A stretch of 64,000 bases of DNA from positions 1,952,052-2,016,051 of the forward strand of contig NW_003314273.1 in assembly GCF_000143415.4 (NCBI RefSeq), written 5' to 3'. Numbering within the stretch: position 1 is the first letter of the stretch; every line of letters starts with the position of its first letter. This document shows positions 61,801 through 64,000 of the stretch, piece by piece. A program made the position numbers and the translations under genes. This DNA comes from Selaginella moellendorffii (Eukaryota > Plantae > Lycopodiophyta). The notes under the pieces were generated by a model. That model had not been told where the DNA came from, searched no databases, and worked only from the letters and a program-made list of their open reading frames with translations.

Positions 61801-64000
61801 ACAGCAGCAAGGGGTGGTTGCAAAGGGTCGAACAGTGCATTCTTCACATGGATATTGCGTCATTGGACTTCAACCAGGTTTGCGTCTCTGTACGCTCGTT
61901 GTCATTTTTCCTACTGTGTTTTAAGGTTATGAGACTTTGCCGGGAGCATGGATTATTCAGCGCTCTGATTTATCTTTATAACAAGGGCTTAAATGACTTC
62001 AAATCGCCATTGGAAGAACTGCTGATCGCTGCGCAGGATCAACATCAGGAAAATGCTTCGTCTTTTGGGTATGTTCTACATGCTTTCGCATAAGCAAAGC
62101 TTATTTCTCCGTTGTCAGGTATAAACTTTTGGTATATCTCAAGTATTGCTTCTCTGGTCTTGCGTTTCCTCCTGGTACGTCCGTCTGTTTACAGCTTTAT
62201 CAAGTTTGCTCATATCATACTCATGCTTAAGGTCGTGGATCATTACCTGCTGAACAAGTATATGGACTCAAAATACAGCTTTTGGAGTATTTACTCGACC
62301 CCGCTGGCTCTGGAAGAGATGCAGAGTCGGTATATGCAGTTTATCCGAGGCTTCATTATCTACTCAACCTGGATGTGTCGGCCACCCTGGATGTTTTCAA
62401 AGTAGCTTTGGGGAACGTAAAGGAGGCTGAAGGACATCTGGTCCAGCTAACGATTGATCCTCTTGTGCACATTGTCGAAACAGTTCTATGCATGGACACC
62501 GAGTTCATTGACAAGACAAGCTACATTTTACAGTTTATTGCCGACTATGTATCTGCTGGGGCTGCTTCTATACCTCCTACAACACTAGATCGGATTCTAA
62601 ATCTATTTCTGGACAATACTCAAGAAAGCATTCTCCCTGATCGCGAGGAACTTACGGTGAAAGTTTTGGAGGCGGTTCCCGCGGAAGACTGGGATCCTGA
62701 TGCTGTTCTTGAGCTAGCTAAGAAAACTCAATTCTGGCGGGTAAGCATGCTTGTTCCTGAAAATTCTTTGTATAGAATCTTCCTACGCAGCTGTCCGCGT
62801 TGGTCTATACACGGAAAGGAGACCACATATCCGCACTTTATAGTCACCTAGAGGATGTTTCTCGACCACGCCATACTTTTAACTTCGTGATATCTAAGCT
62901 TGATCGGGACAATGGCCTCAAGGGAACTGCATTGACAGAATTCCGTGCGGCTGTAATCTCTCGTATTCATCACCTTGTACAGAAGAACAGGTAAAACACC
63001 TAGTTTCTGTTTTGTTCTTTCAGTGCTTTAACTAGTGTTTATTATTATTATTATTTATCTTACAGGATTGCAGCTTTCTATATAGTTCTTGAATACTTCA
63101 ATGACCAACTCGACGATGTGGTGAAAGCCTTACAACCGTTTCCACTCTCTCTGTTTAACTTCCTGAAAGCTCTTATGGAAGTCCGTGCCATCTCAGATAC
63201 TATTAGTGATGTGCAAGTCTCAGAAGTCGACTGCGATCCCTGGGATGACCGATCTCGACTAGCAACGCTACTGGAAAACATGCGTTTGGAGGTCACGGAT
63301 GACATGGTCGAGGAATATATAGAGGTTTGATATGACCTTTACCATTTTTGCCGTTTAAGCGCAGTTTTTTTTCACAGCTTATGTGCGAGCTTGAGCCTAG
63401 TGGCGTACTGAATTTTCTTCAAGGCCATGAAAATTATAGGCTTGAACAATGTTTGAAGCTGTGCCAGAAGTATGGGGTGAAAGACGGTGCGGCTTTTCTT
63501 CTCGAACAAGCTGGTGATGTTGGCAGCGCTCTGACTCTTATTCTGGGTGACCTTTCGAAGTTATTCCATGAACTTGATGCGGCAGTTGCAATAATGTGCA
63601 CTGCATCAAGCACTGGAACGAACATTCCTGAGGTACGTGAGAAGCGTTATGACATGGTTTTAATGTTCACGATCTCTTCTAGGAGCAAGCTTTGCATTCA
63701 GTTAAGAATGCCGCGGTTTCTCTTTGCCAAAGAAATACTTTTCGGCTTGATCCCCAGGAAGCCGAGTCCCTTTGGTTTCATCTGCTGGACAGGTAAGAGT
63801 TTGTAATCTCTAGCTTAATCCTACGCAACCTTGCTACAGATTTATTCACCCTCTGGATGCTCTGAATTCGTCGAAGCACAACAAAGCTGTGAAACCAGCA
63901 GATATAGGATCATCATCTCGCTACGAGTGGCAGGTTTTTCAAGTTAACGGTGCAGCGAGTGTTCTCCGAAAGATGCTTTCTAAGTTTGCTGGGGACATTG
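58888..64000 (+). CDS. VPS8: Vacuolar protein sorting 8 (CORVET subunit), multi-exon, runs off the window
   Basis: Acidic N-terminus; LHLEEGAAAQPMQLEGI, WD40-like region, LLPWQDRIKAL..GDWMGA, LEPYILKDML..LAPEIMQ, VEQCILHMDIASLDFNQV and CREHGLFSALIYLYNKGL. Confidence 0.92.

Overview
Plant nuclear DNA. The 50-70 nt introns, tight gene spacing and short-repeat PLS PPRs suggest a lycophyte such as Selaginella, but that is inference. The right-hand part holds ordinary genes: ORC6 (46793-48151), tRNA-Ala(AGC), a broken PLS-PPR, a germin-like pseudogene, an LEA_2/NHL gene, a HflX GTPase and the 5' part of VPS8. Bases 1-50 kb are an array of eight copies, in mixed orientation, of one block: ORC6 3' end, tRNA-Ala, a His/Pro/Ala-rich membrane-protein gene and a PPR remnant. 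The copies fall into two lineages with reciprocal losses. Type A keeps a full-length tRNA but lacks most of the His-rich gene; type B keeps the gene but has a deleted or missing tRNA. The array forms several kb-scale inverted repeats and is spaced by decayed LINE and LTR sequence. It also contains a ~10 kb Helentron/Helitron2-type rolling-circle element (21723-31728) whose ends can be fixed from paralogous empty sites. That element carries a Rep-helicase-endonuclease gene, an RPA70-like gene, a PPR fragment and an unidentified spliced sequence. All alignments were done by eye, so boundaries marked ~ are approximate.
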